Assembly (NCBI GenBank): GCA_965219095.1 | Contig: CBDCMT010000001.1 | Location: forward strand, 1,888,001-1,952,000 | Length of the DNA stretch: 64,000 nt | Direction of reading: 5' to 3' | From: Bdellovibrionales bacterium | GTDB taxonomy: Bacteria > Bdellovibrionota > Bdellovibrionia > Bdellovibrionales > UBA1609 | In this document: positions 33,079 to 43,662 of the stretch, piece after piece | Numbering within the stretch: position 1 is the first letter of the stretch | Layout of the letters: the number at the start of each line of letters is the position of its first letter | Translations under genes and position numbers: made by a program | The notes under the pieces: generated by a model | Databases searched by the model: none | What the model saw: the letters and a program-made list of their open reading frames with translations, nothing else | What the model was told of the DNA's origin: nothing

Positions 33079-34287
33079 ATGTATCTAGTAGAATCTAAAA
33101 AAAAATATGACTTTAAAAGTGAGAACCATTCGTCATTATTTCCTAATTTTCATAGATATCCCGCAAGCATGCTCCCTCAAATAGGTATTGAGTTATTTAA
33201 AGAACTCAATATAAAAAAAGGTATCTTACTTGATCCTTATTGTGGAACGGGTTCCTCTTTTTTAGCAGGGTTAGTGTCTGGCATAAATTCATTTCATGGT
33301 TTTGATATAAATCCACTTGCCATACTCATTGCTAAAGCTCGATATACAAAAATAAATAAGAAGAAATTTTCTGAGTACAAGAAAAATGTTATAGAATCTA
33401 TCCACCAAGGATTTGACTTCTTGGAAAATCCTTGTGTAACCAACATAAATTTTTGGTTCTCTAATCGTTCTATAAAAGATTTAAACACGATTAAATATGC
33501 TATTCTTACAGAAATAATAGATTTAAAATATCAACATATTTTTTGGACAGCATTTTCCAAGACTGTTCGCACTGCTTCTTATACTAGAAAAAGTGAATTT
33601 AAACTTTACAGAATAAAGAAAGAAAAAATAAGTGAATTTAAGCCCAATGTTTTTGAAATATTCCTCAGTAGTTTGGAAAAAATTGAAGGTAATTATTTTA
33701 ATAATTACCTTCCCCTCCTAAAGGATAGAAAATTCTCACTTAAAACCAAAAGTTTTTGCAAAAAAGAAAGACGATACAATGTTGTCTTAACAAGCCCCCC
33801 CTATGGGGATAGCAGAACAACTGTTGCCTATGGCCAATACTCAACCTTTACCAATGAATGGATGGGCATTAAAAATGCTCGTAAAATTGATAATAATTTA
33901 ATGGGAGGGTATATATCAGATTCCTTATACCAAGAAGGTATTTTAAAAAAACCAATATCAAAAATATCTAAAATTGATATGAAAAGAGGGCTGCAAGTTT
34001 CTGCTTTTTATATAGACTTAAAAGAGTCTATCGCTAATGTTGCAAGCTCTATTCAATCTAAGGGTTATGCTATTTATATTGTTGGAAATCGTACTGTAAA
34101 AAATATTGTTTTGCCAACCGATCAATTTATTGCAGAACAATTTGAGGCTTGTAATTTAAAACACTTATTCACTTACAAAAGAAAAATATCCTCAAAAGTT
34201 ATGCCTGCTAAAAACTCTCCAACAAACGTTCCTGGTGCTAAAGTGAAAACTATGCATGAAGAGTATATTGTTGTTTGTAAAAAGTGA
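33079..34287 (+). CDS. N4-cytosine DNA methyltransferase, MvaI-like, orphan
   Basis: HRYPASMLPQ, motif I LDPYCGTGS, motif IV TSPPYGDSRTTVAYGQ. Confidence 0.85.
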   Translation: MYLVESKKKYDFKSENHSSLFPNFHRYPASMLPQIGIELFKELNIKKGILLDPYCGTGSSFLAGLVSGINSFHGFDINPLAILIAKARYTKINKKKFSEYKKNVIESIHQGFDFLENPCVTNINFWFSNRSIKDLNTIKYAILTEIIDLKYQHIFWTAFSKTVRTASYTRKSEFKLYRIKKEKISEFKPNVFEIFLSSLEKIEGNYFNNYLPLLKDRKFSLKTKSFCKKERRYNVVLTSPPYGDSRTTVAYGQYSTFTNEWMGIKNARKIDNNLMGGYISDSLYQEGILKKPISKISKIDMKRGLQVSAFYIDLKESIANVASSIQSKGYAIYIVGNRTVKNIVLPTDQFIAEQFEACNLKHLFTYKRKISSKVMPAKNSPTNVPGAKVKTMHEEYIVVCKK

Positions 34288-34329
34288 GGTTTCTAACTAT
34301 TTTTCACCCACAGATTCTTTTGAGGAGGC

Positions 34330-34821
34330 TTTTTTTACAAAACCCTCTCTCAAAGCTAAATCAATGGTTTCCTCTAAGAGAACTTCTATCTTCTCAGCCC
34401 CCATCCTCTTTCTCCAGTTAGTCAATGAACTTCTATCACAGGGATCTTCATAAGAATAAAAAGGCTGACCACAAAAATACTGCCATTGAGGACTCTCTTT
34501 GAACATTTCTATTGTCTTCTCGTCACTTAAATTATAAATGTATTTCAAGCACTGAAGTCCCACCATTAAACGAGTTGAAAGACCTGGACGACCTTTTTTT
34601 TCATCATACTTCGAACCAAAATCTTTATCAAAACGATCCCAGTCTATTTTATTAGCTAAAATGACAAGCGGATGCTTCTTATGAACAATGTCGTTTACTC
34701 TAAAATTAAGAGGGCTTCTCTTTTGTGTGCTGAACATGTCTTTTGGCCTCATCTTTTTTCCTTTCTGTTTTGCAAGGTTTTTTATCTGTTTTTCCACTTC
34801 CTTGCAATTATTTTTATGCAA
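34330..34821 (-). pseudogene. IS5-family transposase N-terminal half
   Basis: HPLVILANKIDW, GRPGLSTRLM, YNLSDE, WQYFCG; truncated at an ISL3 end. Confidence 0.8.
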
Positions 34822-35275
34822 AAATTACAAAAAAACAAGTGTTTTTAGCTGTTTGTGCATTTTTCACATTCGACTAACTATGATAGTGGACCCTTTTGGG
34901 GGATTTCTAGCTACTTTTTACCCACAGATTCCCGGGAGGAGCCAAAAATTATAATGAGGAAAGTGTTTTGACAGGATGTTTTTCTTGATCTTTAACCGCC
35001 CGTCATGGTATTTTCCTACTGGAGGTTTTATGAGAACTTCGCACTCTCAGAAGAACAGATGGGGTAGAGATCAAACAACAAAGTGCAGCTTATTTTATAG
35101 AGCTGCGGTAGGAGAATGACCTTAAATGGCTTTAAGTGATTAACTTAAAGCCAGTGAAAAACTAAAGCCGAAAGAGGGGGATAAGAGTTTTTTCCCAGTA
35201 AATAGAACTCAAAACGAATTGAATAACAGAAGGATCTTACTTTTTAAGTTTGACATCTTTCATTAGGAGTACGAT

Positions 35276-36646
35276 ATGGAAAGAGAAGACTGTATTAATG
35301 ATTTTTTTTCATCTAACAAAGGAAAAAAACTTTTAAATTTAGATAAAAAAGTTCTTGCTGAAGCCCTTTATAAAGCCTCTCTTAGAAACGGGAATGTTCA
35401 CCTTGTTTTGGAAAGACTAACATCAAGTGACAGTGAAAACCGTGTGCGTTTTAGAGAAAGGCTGAAAGAATACAAACGTTCAGGTAGATTTACTCCTAGA
35501 TATTATACAGGTGAATTCGTTTCTGAACTAGAAGACCTATTGATTGATCTAAAAGAATCAACTTTCACTCCTGAAGAGGGTTTGTCTTTAGTAAAAGAAT
35601 TCTTTGAGGTGGACGGTGACATTATGGAATCTTGTGATGACTCCGATGGAGAGGTTGGAGACATTTTTAACTATAATGCAACAGATCTTTTTAGAGAGTA
35701 TGCAAAGCAATGTAAGGATAAAAAATGGGTTACTGATATTCTACTTAACCTAATTGTAAAAGACGATTATGGGCTTCGTGAAAAACTAAGCGTCAAAGTA
35801 GACGAATTTCTACCTGAAAAAGAAATAAGAAGGGTTATAGATAGACTTTGGAATCTCCATGAATCCAATAAAAACAAGGGTTATCTCTATTTGTTAGAAT
35901 GTATGGCAAAGACTATAAAAGATCCTTTTCTCTATGAAAAAATAATTGACCTTAGTGGTGAAAAAGATAATGATAACAACTTCTTTAAATTAGGAAAGAT
36001 GTGGTTTTTTTGTGGTGATCCTAATAAAGCTCTCTTCTATTTACAGAAAATAAATAAAGATAATTACTATGGTTCATCTGGCAATCTTGACGATCTTTTA
36101 TTAAAAATCTATACGCAGTTAGGAGATAAGAAGAAACAAAAAGAAATTTCTTGGAAGATGTTCAGGAGCTATCGAAAAAAGGAAAAGTTCGATGAGGTTG
36201 TAGCTATTGAAGGGAACAGCAAAAGACCAAAGCTTTTAAAAAATGAAGTTGCGCTTATTTTTCGAAATAAGCAGCTAGAAGTAGAAGATGTTAATTTTAT
36301 GTTGGAGTTAAAACTTATTGATGAGTCTGGTGATTATATTTTTAAGAGAAGACAACATGTTAATGGAGACTATTACCACGGTCTTGTGAAATGGGCCGAT
36401 ATTTTCAATAAAAATAAAAAGCCTCTTATTGCAACAATCATCTATCGTGCTCTATTGGATTCTATTTTAGATAGAGGAAAATCACCTGCTTATCACCATG
36501 GTGTAGATTACCTTCGTTGCCTTGATAGAATTAATAAAGATGTAAAGGATTGGATGGGAGTTCAAACTCATGATGCTTACTTTTTAGAAGTCAAAAAAAA
36601 TCATGGAAGGAAGTATAGTTTTTGGGGGCAGTATAACAGCAATTAG
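35276..36646 (+). CDS. Helical hypothetical protein, DUF6880-like
   Basis: RBS AGGAG; SCDDSDGEVG, AYHHGVDYL, HGRKYSFW motifs recalled from DUF6880 proteins. Confidence 0.6.
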   Translation: MEREDCINDFFSSNKGKKLLNLDKKVLAEALYKASLRNGNVHLVLERLTSSDSENRVRFRERLKEYKRSGRFTPRYYTGEFVSELEDLLIDLKESTFTPEEGLSLVKEFFEVDGDIMESCDDSDGEVGDIFNYNATDLFREYAKQCKDKKWVTDILLNLIVKDDYGLREKLSVKVDEFLPEKEIRRVIDRLWNLHESNKNKGYLYLLECMAKTIKDPFLYEKIIDLSGEKDNDNNFFKLGKMWFFCGDPNKALFYLQKINKDNYYGSSGNLDDLLLKIYTQLGDKKKQKEISWKMFRSYRKKEKFDEVVAIEGNSKRPKLLKNEVALIFRNKQLEVEDVNFMLELKLIDESGDYIFKRRQHVNGDYYHGLVKWADIFNKNKKPLIATIIYRALLDSILDRGKSPAYHHGVDYLRCLDRINKDVKDWMGVQTHDAYFLEVKKNHGRKYSFWGQYNSN

Positions 36647-36654
36647 CCTCACTA

Positions 36655-36727
36655 ACCCGAGTTTTGACTTTTATCTTAAAACAGGTCTAAAGTTAAGGAT
36701 AACTGAACAATGTAGGTGAGCAGTTAC
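36655..36727. mobile_element. Chimeric IS982-end / IS66-end mini element
   Basis: ACCCGAGTTTTGACTTTTAT joined via GACTTTTAT to the IS66 left end ...GTGAGCAGTTAC. Confidence 0.8.
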
Positions 36728-36856
36728 GATTTAACAATGATTTAGTAATATGATCTTTTTTACAAGTTTAACTATGCTTTATTTAAAAAAAAGCTTTTCT
36801 TTTTTAATTCTTTACATACATGTTTTGCTTTCTTTCACAGTGAAACCAAAAGTATT

Positions 36857-38257
36857 TTAAGTTTCTTTTTCGAAAGGTGGTTTAAGGCCCTTCTTTTTAA
36901 TTTTTTCAACTAAAGTCGTTCTATTCATTTTTAAAAGCTGGGAAGCTTGATTTCTGTTCCAACCTGTAGCTTCTAGAGCTTTTAAGATAAGGTTTGTTTC
37001 GTAATTTCCTAAAAGTTCATTAAAATTAATACCTTCTTCAGGGATATCTAAAGAAAGAGGGGTAATGCCTTTCAAAGTATTTTGGATCAAGTGCTTAGGT
37101 AAATCCTTTTTTTCTAAAACACCTTCTTTTTTTAAAGAAGTGAGTCTTTCAATAAGATTTTTAAGTTCTGTTAGGTTTCTAGGCCATGGATATTGGCAGA
37201 GAGTATCTATAAGGTCTTGATTTAAAGAAAGACGTTTTCCTTGCTGTTTATTACAATGGTTTAAAAAATGTTGGGCTAATAAGGGGATGTCCATAATTCT
37301 TTGTCTTAAAGGAGGTAGATAAAAAGGGACAATATTTAAAGCATAGTAGAAATCCTCTCTCATTTTATTCTGACGCACAAGCTTCTCTAAATCTTTACCA
37401 GTAGAGGCTATCACTCTTATGTCAACTTTTACAAATTTTTCCGATCCAGGTTTTTCATAGGATTGTTCTCTGATAGCTCTTAGAACTCTCACTTGTAAAA
37501 TAGGATCCATATGCTCAATTTCATGGAAATAAAGTGTTCCTCCAAAAGCTTTCTCAAAACCTCCCCTTTTCTGGGATAAAATAGAGGAAACTGCACTATC
37601 TTTCATGTAACCGAAAATTTCCTCCTCTAAAACCTCAGAAGAAAGAATCGAACAATCTACAGTAATAAAAGCTTTGTTTCTCCTTAAGGAGTTAGAGTGT
37701 ATGGTCTTAGCTAAAAACTTTTTCCCTGTACCTTTTACTCCATGGATTAAAGCTGTTGAATCTGTTTCTGATATTTTCTCAATCACTTCGGTAATTTTTA
37801 AAATGGCCTCAGTTTTTCCGATAAAATTTTCAAGGCAAAAAGTTGTTTTATGAAAGGCTTTAAGCCTTTCATTTTCTTCAGTTAAAAAGCTATGAGAAAG
37901 AGCTTTTTCAGCCAAATTTAAAATCTCTTTAAGGTCGAAAGGCTTTCTTATGAAATGAAAGGCTCCTTTTTTCATAGCTTCCACAGCTTTTTCAATCGTT
38001 CCTGTGCCGGTAAGAACAATACAGAGAGTCGGAAGACTACGTTCCTTTATGAAATCCAAAAATTCCATACCATTTCCATCAGGAAGGTTTAAATCAACAA
38101 AAGCTAAATCTATAGAATCTTTCCCTATGAGATTTTTTGCCTCTCTCAGGTTTCTAGCTGTTAAAACACTATAGTTTTTTTGATAAAAAACCTTAAATAG
38201 TGCTAAATTCAGTATTTCATCGTCTTCGACAATAAGAACCTGCTTCTTATTTAACAT
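36857..38257 (-). CDS. NtrC-family response regulator with degenerate AAA+ domain
   Basis: Receiver (IVEDD, DLNLPDGNG), AAA+-like core, Fis-type HTH (GWNRNQASQLL). Confidence 0.9.
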   Translation of the reverse strand: MLNKKQVLIVEDDEILNLALFKVFYQKNYSVLTARNLREAKNLIGKDSIDLAFVDLNLPDGNGMEFLDFIKERSLPTLCIVLTGTGTIEKAVEAMKKGAFHFIRKPFDLKEILNLAEKALSHSFLTEENERLKAFHKTTFCLENFIGKTEAILKITEVIEKISETDSTALIHGVKGTGKKFLAKTIHSNSLRRNKAFITVDCSILSSEVLEEEIFGYMKDSAVSSILSQKRGGFEKAFGGTLYFHEIEHMDPILQVRVLRAIREQSYEKPGSEKFVKVDIRVIASTGKDLEKLVRQNKMREDFYYALNIVPFYLPPLRQRIMDIPLLAQHFLNHCNKQQGKRLSLNQDLIDTLCQYPWPRNLTELKNLIERLTSLKKEGVLEKKDLPKHLIQNTLKGITPLSLDIPEEGINFNELLGNYETNLILKALEATGWNRNQASQLLKMNRTTLVEKIKKKGLKPPFEKET

Positions 38258-38261
38258 ACCT

Positions 38262-39737
38262 TTATTTTAGTTTATTTTTTTTCAAAGAGTCAAACTGAGA
38301 TTTTTTTTCAAAATCTGAAAGAAAGGAAGAGGGCTTTTGAGATTCTTTTCTCATAAATTCTAACAGATCAATAACAATCTGACGACATTTGAGTGTTGCT
38401 CTTTCCATAGAATCTAAATTCCCTTTTGTTTGAGAATCAAGTGTGTTTTGCATTTTAATAAGCTGTATAAAAGAAAGAATCGATCCTAAAGGATTGTTGA
38501 GTTCATGAGCCATGCTACTACTGATGATTCCTAATTCAGTGTCTTTAGAAGTTTTAAGGATTCTCTCTTCTAACTGTTTTTGCTCTGTAATATCTCGAAA
38601 AATAAGAACGAAAATCACATAATCAAACCACCTTTCATCTAATAAAATCTTCTGTCCTCTCATTTCATAAATACGGCCCTTCTTATCTTTAACCACAAAT
38701 TCAAAGGAACTTTCTTTTTCACAAGAGGGAGGGTATGGTTTTCCTAAGAAAATCTCTCTTGCGTCTTGTAGAACGACTTCAGAGAGTTTTTTGTTAATTT
38801 TTTTCAAAAAAGCTTTGTTAGCTTCAAAAATACGAAATTTTTTATCCGTAAGACAAAAAGGATGAGATACAGCTTGAAAAGTTGCCTGCCACTCTTTCTG
38901 TAAATCTTCATTGATACGAAGCTTTTGAAAACGATTTAAAGCTAAAGACACTGTTTCTGCTAACTCGGTTAACAGGTTCTCTTCATAAGAGAAAAAAGAA
39001 GCTCCTTTGTTTTTAGCAAAATAAAGTGTGGCTGAAGGGTTATTCTCTATTGCTAAAGGAATTTCAAGGACTTCAAACTCTTCTTTCAACTTTTCTAAGG
39101 GAAGTTTCTTGTAAGAAAGATCAAGCTTCACCCAAGAAAGAGAAAAGAGCAACTTTAAAAAGTCATTCAAAGTACTTTCCAATTCTCCCTCAAAGGAGGC
39201 TTTGTGAATTTTCATGAAAGCCTCTTGTTGAAATTGTAAAAACTCAAACTCTCTTTTTCTTTTCTTTACTGCCCTCTTAAGAGCTTTCTTTTTTGACACG
39301 AGATCTAAGGAGAGCTTTTCGTAGCTTTTTTCTAAAGCTTCATTTTCTTCTTTTAGTAAAGAAAATAGGGCTTCATCTTGTTCTTTTTTCTTAAGTTCTC
39401 CTAAAACTTCTGTTAAAGCCTCTTCTAATTGAGAAGGAGAAGAAAGTATCTTGAACAAGGATCTCTTTTTTACAAAACTTATAAGATGTTCTTTCTTGAT
39501 TTTACTTCCTATGAAGATTATCTTTTTTGATAAAGGAAGTTTTTCTATAAAACGATCTGTTTCATGGAAACTTAAGGAATCGTACACAATAACCAATACA
39601 GGATAAGGGTTCAATTTCAAAAGCTCTTCTGCTTCTTGAACGCTGTAAACAAAGGTCATAGGCCAATCAGAAAGTGTTTGATTGATCGGCCCTATAATGA
39701 GAATATAAGGTGAAGAGGAGGCCTCTAAAGCTTTCAT
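38262..39737 (-). CDS. PAS/HisKA sensor protein lacking HATPase domain
   Basis: PAS end FRDITEQKQLE; H-box MAHELNNPL; stop shortly after the DHp; start set to ATG 39737. Confidence 0.8.
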   Translation of the reverse strand: MKALEASSSPYILIIGPINQTLSDWPMTFVYSVQEAEELLKLNPYPVLVIVYDSLSFHETDRFIEKLPLSKKIIFIGSKIKKEHLISFVKKRSLFKILSSPSQLEEALTEVLGELKKKEQDEALFSLLKEENEALEKSYEKLSLDLVSKKKALKRAVKKRKREFEFLQFQQEAFMKIHKASFEGELESTLNDFLKLLFSLSWVKLDLSYKKLPLEKLKEEFEVLEIPLAIENNPSATLYFAKNKGASFFSYEENLLTELAETVSLALNRFQKLRINEDLQKEWQATFQAVSHPFCLTDKKFRIFEANKAFLKKINKKLSEVVLQDAREIFLGKPYPPSCEKESSFEFVVKDKKGRIYEMRGQKILLDERWFDYVIFVLIFRDITEQKQLEERILKTSKDTELGIISSSMAHELNNPLGSILSFIQLIKMQNTLDSQTKGNLDSMERATLKCRQIVIDLLEFMRKESQKPSSFLSDFEKKSQFDSLKKNKLK

Positions 39738-39758
39738 ATAATTAGAGTATACGAAATT

Positions 39759-40763
39759 ATGAAAAGTGAAAAACACAAATCATTTTCAGCCATCATTATG
39801 GCGGCAGGACAAGGTTCTCGCATGGGAGGATCGTCTTTACCTAAAACCCTCCATCCTGTTGCAGGTAAACCCATTGTGGTACGTCTGTGTGAATCTCTTC
39901 ATAAAGCAGGAGTTAAAGAGATTCGTCTGGTCATTAGTCCAGAGGCTGAAAAGCTCATTGAAAAACTAAACAAAAGTTTAGATGCAAAAATCTTTATTCA
40001 ACAACAAGCTTTAGGAACAGCCATAGCTGTTCAAGAAAGTAACCCTTCTACTCTCAACGGAGATGTTATTATTTTAAATGGAGACCACCCTCTTATTGAA
40101 GAAGAGGATATTTCAGAATTCATAAAAGAATTTCGAAAAAAACAGTCCTTGTTTTCTGTAGTAATTGCCAAATTAGAAGATCCTAAACATTATGGTCGTA
40201 TGTTGTATTCTCAGAACAAACTTCGCTACATTGTGGAAGCTAAGGACGCTTCTTGTGAGGAGTTAAAAATTAAGGAAATTAACACAGGAATTTTTCTTAT
40301 AAGGGCCCAAACTCTCAATCAATACCTTCCTTGCATTAAAGCAAAAAAAGGAGGAGAGAAATTTATTTCAGATTTAGTAGAGATTTGCTCAGAACACTTT
40401 GAAGTCCAGAGTATCAAAGGAAAAAAGAAAGTGTCTTTTGGGGTCAATAGTCAAGAAGAGTTATCCCAAGCAACAAAGTTTGTTTTTCAAAGAAAAGCTT
40501 TGGAACTTATGAAAAAAGGAGTGATGATTATTGATCCTAATACAACTTATATAGAAGAAAGTGTAGTTATTAAACACTCATCTGTGATTTACCCTGGTTG
40601 TTATTTAAGAGGTGATACCCATATTGAGTCTTTTTGTGCTATTGAGCCTAACAGTGTTTTATCCTCTGTAAAACTAAAAAAAGGAGTGGTGGTTCGTTCA
40701 GGGTCTGTCGTAGAAGGTCAAAAAATCCCAGCTTTTTCCATTATAAAAAATGAAAAAAACTAA
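39759..40763 (+). CDS. glmU: GlmU, uridyltransferase domain plus truncated beta-helix
   Basis: AAGQGSRM, PKTLHPVAGKP, QALGTA, YGR, EINTG, GVN, GVMIIDP; only 334 aa. Confidence 0.85.
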   Translation: MKSEKHKSFSAIIMAAGQGSRMGGSSLPKTLHPVAGKPIVVRLCESLHKAGVKEIRLVISPEAEKLIEKLNKSLDAKIFIQQQALGTAIAVQESNPSTLNGDVIILNGDHPLIEEEDISEFIKEFRKKQSLFSVVIAKLEDPKHYGRMLYSQNKLRYIVEAKDASCEELKIKEINTGIFLIRAQTLNQYLPCIKAKKGGEKFISDLVEICSEHFEVQSIKGKKKVSFGVNSQEELSQATKFVFQRKALELMKKGVMIIDPNTTYIEESVVIKHSSVIYPGCYLRGDTHIESFCAIEPNSVLSSVKLKKGVVVRSGSVVEGQKIPAFSIIKNEKN

Positions 40764-40846
40764 TGATGAGAAAAAAGTGATGAAACAAAAGAATACTTTT
40801 TTGGCCTCCTCCCGAAAATCTGTGGGTGAAAAGTAGTTAGAAATCT

Positions 40847-41404
40847 CACTTTTTACAAACAACAATATACTCTTCATGCATAGTTTTCACTTTAGAGCCG
40901 GGAACGTTTGTTGGAGAGTTTTTAGCAGGCATAACTTTTGAGGATATTTTTCTTTTGTAAGTGAATAGGTGTTTTAAATTACAAGCCTCAAATTGTTCTG
41001 CAATAAATTGATCGGTTGGCAAAACAATATTTTTTACAGTACGATTTCCAACAATATAAATAGCATAACCCTTAGATTGAATAGAGCTTGCAACATTAGC
41101 GATAGACTCTTTTAAGTCTATAGTGCTTCCCTTAAATTATTATCAATTTTACGAGCATTTTTAATGCCCATCCATTCATTGGTAAAGGTTGAGTATTGGC
41201 CATAGGCAACAGTTGTTCTGCTGTCCCCATAGGGGGGCTTGTTAAGACAACATTGTATCGTCTTTCTTTTTTGTAAAAACTTTTGGTTTTAAATGAGAAT
41301 TTTCTATCCTTTATGAGGGGAAGGTAATTATTAAAATAATTGTCTTCAATTTTTTCCAAACTACTGAGAAATATTTCAAAAACATTGGGCTTAAATTCAC
41401 TTAA
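40847..41404 (-). pseudogene. Second, partial copy of the m4C methyltransferase
   Basis: Near identical to the 3' half of 33079..34287; internal deletion with IS630 end scar (TATAGTGCTTCC ~41119); ISL3 end at 40803. Confidence 0.92.
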
Positions 41405-41410
41405 TTTTTC

Positions 41411-42164
41411 GGCTCCTCCCGGGAATCTGTGGGTAAAAAGTAGTAGAAATCCCCCAAAAGAGCTCATATTAATCAAAGTAAGAGTAAGACATCCTATCTT
41501 GTATTTTTGAGTTCTTTGAGGCCCTTACTGGCCTCTATCGCCTTTGGCGATTGAACTCAAAAACATTCTTTTATTTGCTGTATTACATTAAAATTTAAAA
41601 AAAGAAGCACCTACTTCCCAGATGCCTTAAAATGTTATTCAAAAAAAAAAAAAAAGGAGGGAAGAGATGCTTTTGAAGACTATACTAAATGATTGTTTAA
41701 GATGGAAGTCTTTTGTATACGGAGACATTTATTTTTCAAAAGATAGAAAGTCAATTAATGTTCCTATTAAGGCTCGTAAAAATGGCCAAGCTTTTTGTAG
41801 TGTTTGTAAGAAGCCCTGTTCAGTGTATGACAGCAGTAAATCATCACGGGACTTTGAATCCTTTCCTATTTTAAGTTACAGGGTGTTTTTTGTTTATTTT
41901 GTAAGAAGAGTTAATTGTCCTTGCTGTGGGGTAAAAGTTGAACATTTACCTTGGGCCGATGGTAAGAAGAGTTTAACGATCTTTTACATGAAGTATTTAG
42001 CAGACTGGTGTCGTCACCTGTCTTGGAAAGAGGTTTCTTGTAAGTTTCATGTCAGTTGGAATCAGGTCTATGCTTCGGTAGAATGGGTCGTAGAATATGG
42101 TTTAAAACAAAGGGTTTTAAAGGGAATACAAGCTATAGGTGTAGATGAAATACAATGGAAAAAG
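41411..42164 (+). mobile_element. ISL3 left end and 5' transposase, truncated by IS66
   Basis: GGCTCCTCCCGGG end; zinc finger CSVC...CPCC, LPWA, AIGVDE. Confidence 0.9.
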
Positions 42165-43662
42165 GTAACTGCTCACCTACATTGTTCAGTTATCCCTAAC
42201 TTTAGACCTGTTTTTAAGATAAAAGTCTTGCTCTTACAGATTTTCTTTTAAATACTTTTTTCAAATGACAATAAATAAGACCTCCATCAGAAATGAGATT
42301 GAAAATATAAGAAGTGACTTTGATAAGTTTGCAAAGAAAGGTTCTATGCCTACTGAGATTTCTGTGATTGTTGAATCTCTCTTTAAGGTTGTGAACATTC
42401 TGATTGTTGTGCTTTTAGAAAAACAGGTTCGAAAAAATTCCAGCAACAGCGGTCTTCCTCCTTCGCAAGATTTTAGTCGTCAAGGGAATCGTAATAAGAA
42501 AGCTAGTGGGAGTCAAAAAAAGGGCTCTAGACTTGATAACAGTAAAGATACAAACAGTGAGGAGACTGTCTCTCCCTCAGAGTGTTCTCAGTGTGGGATG
42601 TGTTTAAAGACAGCAGAGGTAAAAAGCCTTGAGAAGCGTAAAAAGATTGATATTTTTTATGAAATTCAGACCCATACTGTAACTTCTGAAGTTAAGGATT
42701 GTCCCTCATGTGGAGCTAGAAATAAAGGTCAATTCCCTAAAGGTATGAGTGGTCCTCTTCAGTATGGTGTAGGCATTAGAGCTTCCATCATCAATTTCAT
42801 TATAGTTCAGATGCTGTCTTTTAGAGCGTGTTGGGGAACATTACATGGGGCTTATAGGTCGAATGATTTCTCCTGCAGTTATGTTGAGATACATTGCTGA
42901 ATTAGGAGAGTTTCTTAAAAGTTGGGAAGAGCAGATGAAAGAAAAGATACTTGAATCAGAGGTCATTCATGTTGATGAGACCTCTATGAGGGTTAAGGGT
43001 AAAAACTACTGGATTCATACTTATAGTTCAGGAGAATTAGTCTTGCAGTTTCTCCACCTTTCAGGTGGAAGGGAAGCCATAAAAGATATTGGTCTCTTGG
43101 ATAGATATGGAGGAGTGCTTGTGCATGATTGTTGGAGTCCTTACTTTTGTTATGATAAGATAACTCATGCTTTGTGTGTGGCTCACCTTTTGAGAGAGCT
43201 TAAATTTATAGAAGAAAGCAATGGATTCAAATGGGCTACAAATCTCAAAAAACTTCTTAAAGAGACTGTGGAGTTAGTTCATAAAAAAGAGTCAAGAGTT
43301 CTGACTCAAAAAGAGTACGAAACTCTTCAGAGAAGGTATAGGAGTATTCTTACAAAAGGCTTAAAAGAGCTTCCAGAATTTCCTAAGAAAAATGGCAAGA
43401 AAGGACGAATAAAGCATACACAAGCTCAGAACCTTTGGCTGCGATTTAAAAAGTATGAAGCAGAAATACTGTGCTTTGCTAAAAGAAAGAACGTAGATCC
43501 TACTAATAACAGAACTGAAAGAGATCTAAGAATGACTAAAGTGAAAAAGAAAGTGTCAGGGTGTTTCAGAACAGAAGAAATGGCGAAATATTTTTGTCGT
43601 ATTACCAGCTATGTTAAAACAATGAGAAATAGAGGGTATTCTTCTTTAGAAGCCATCTCTAT
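42165..43662 (+). mobile_element. IS66-family element, copy 3, right end missing
   Basis: Near identical to copies 1 and 2. Confidence 0.93.
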
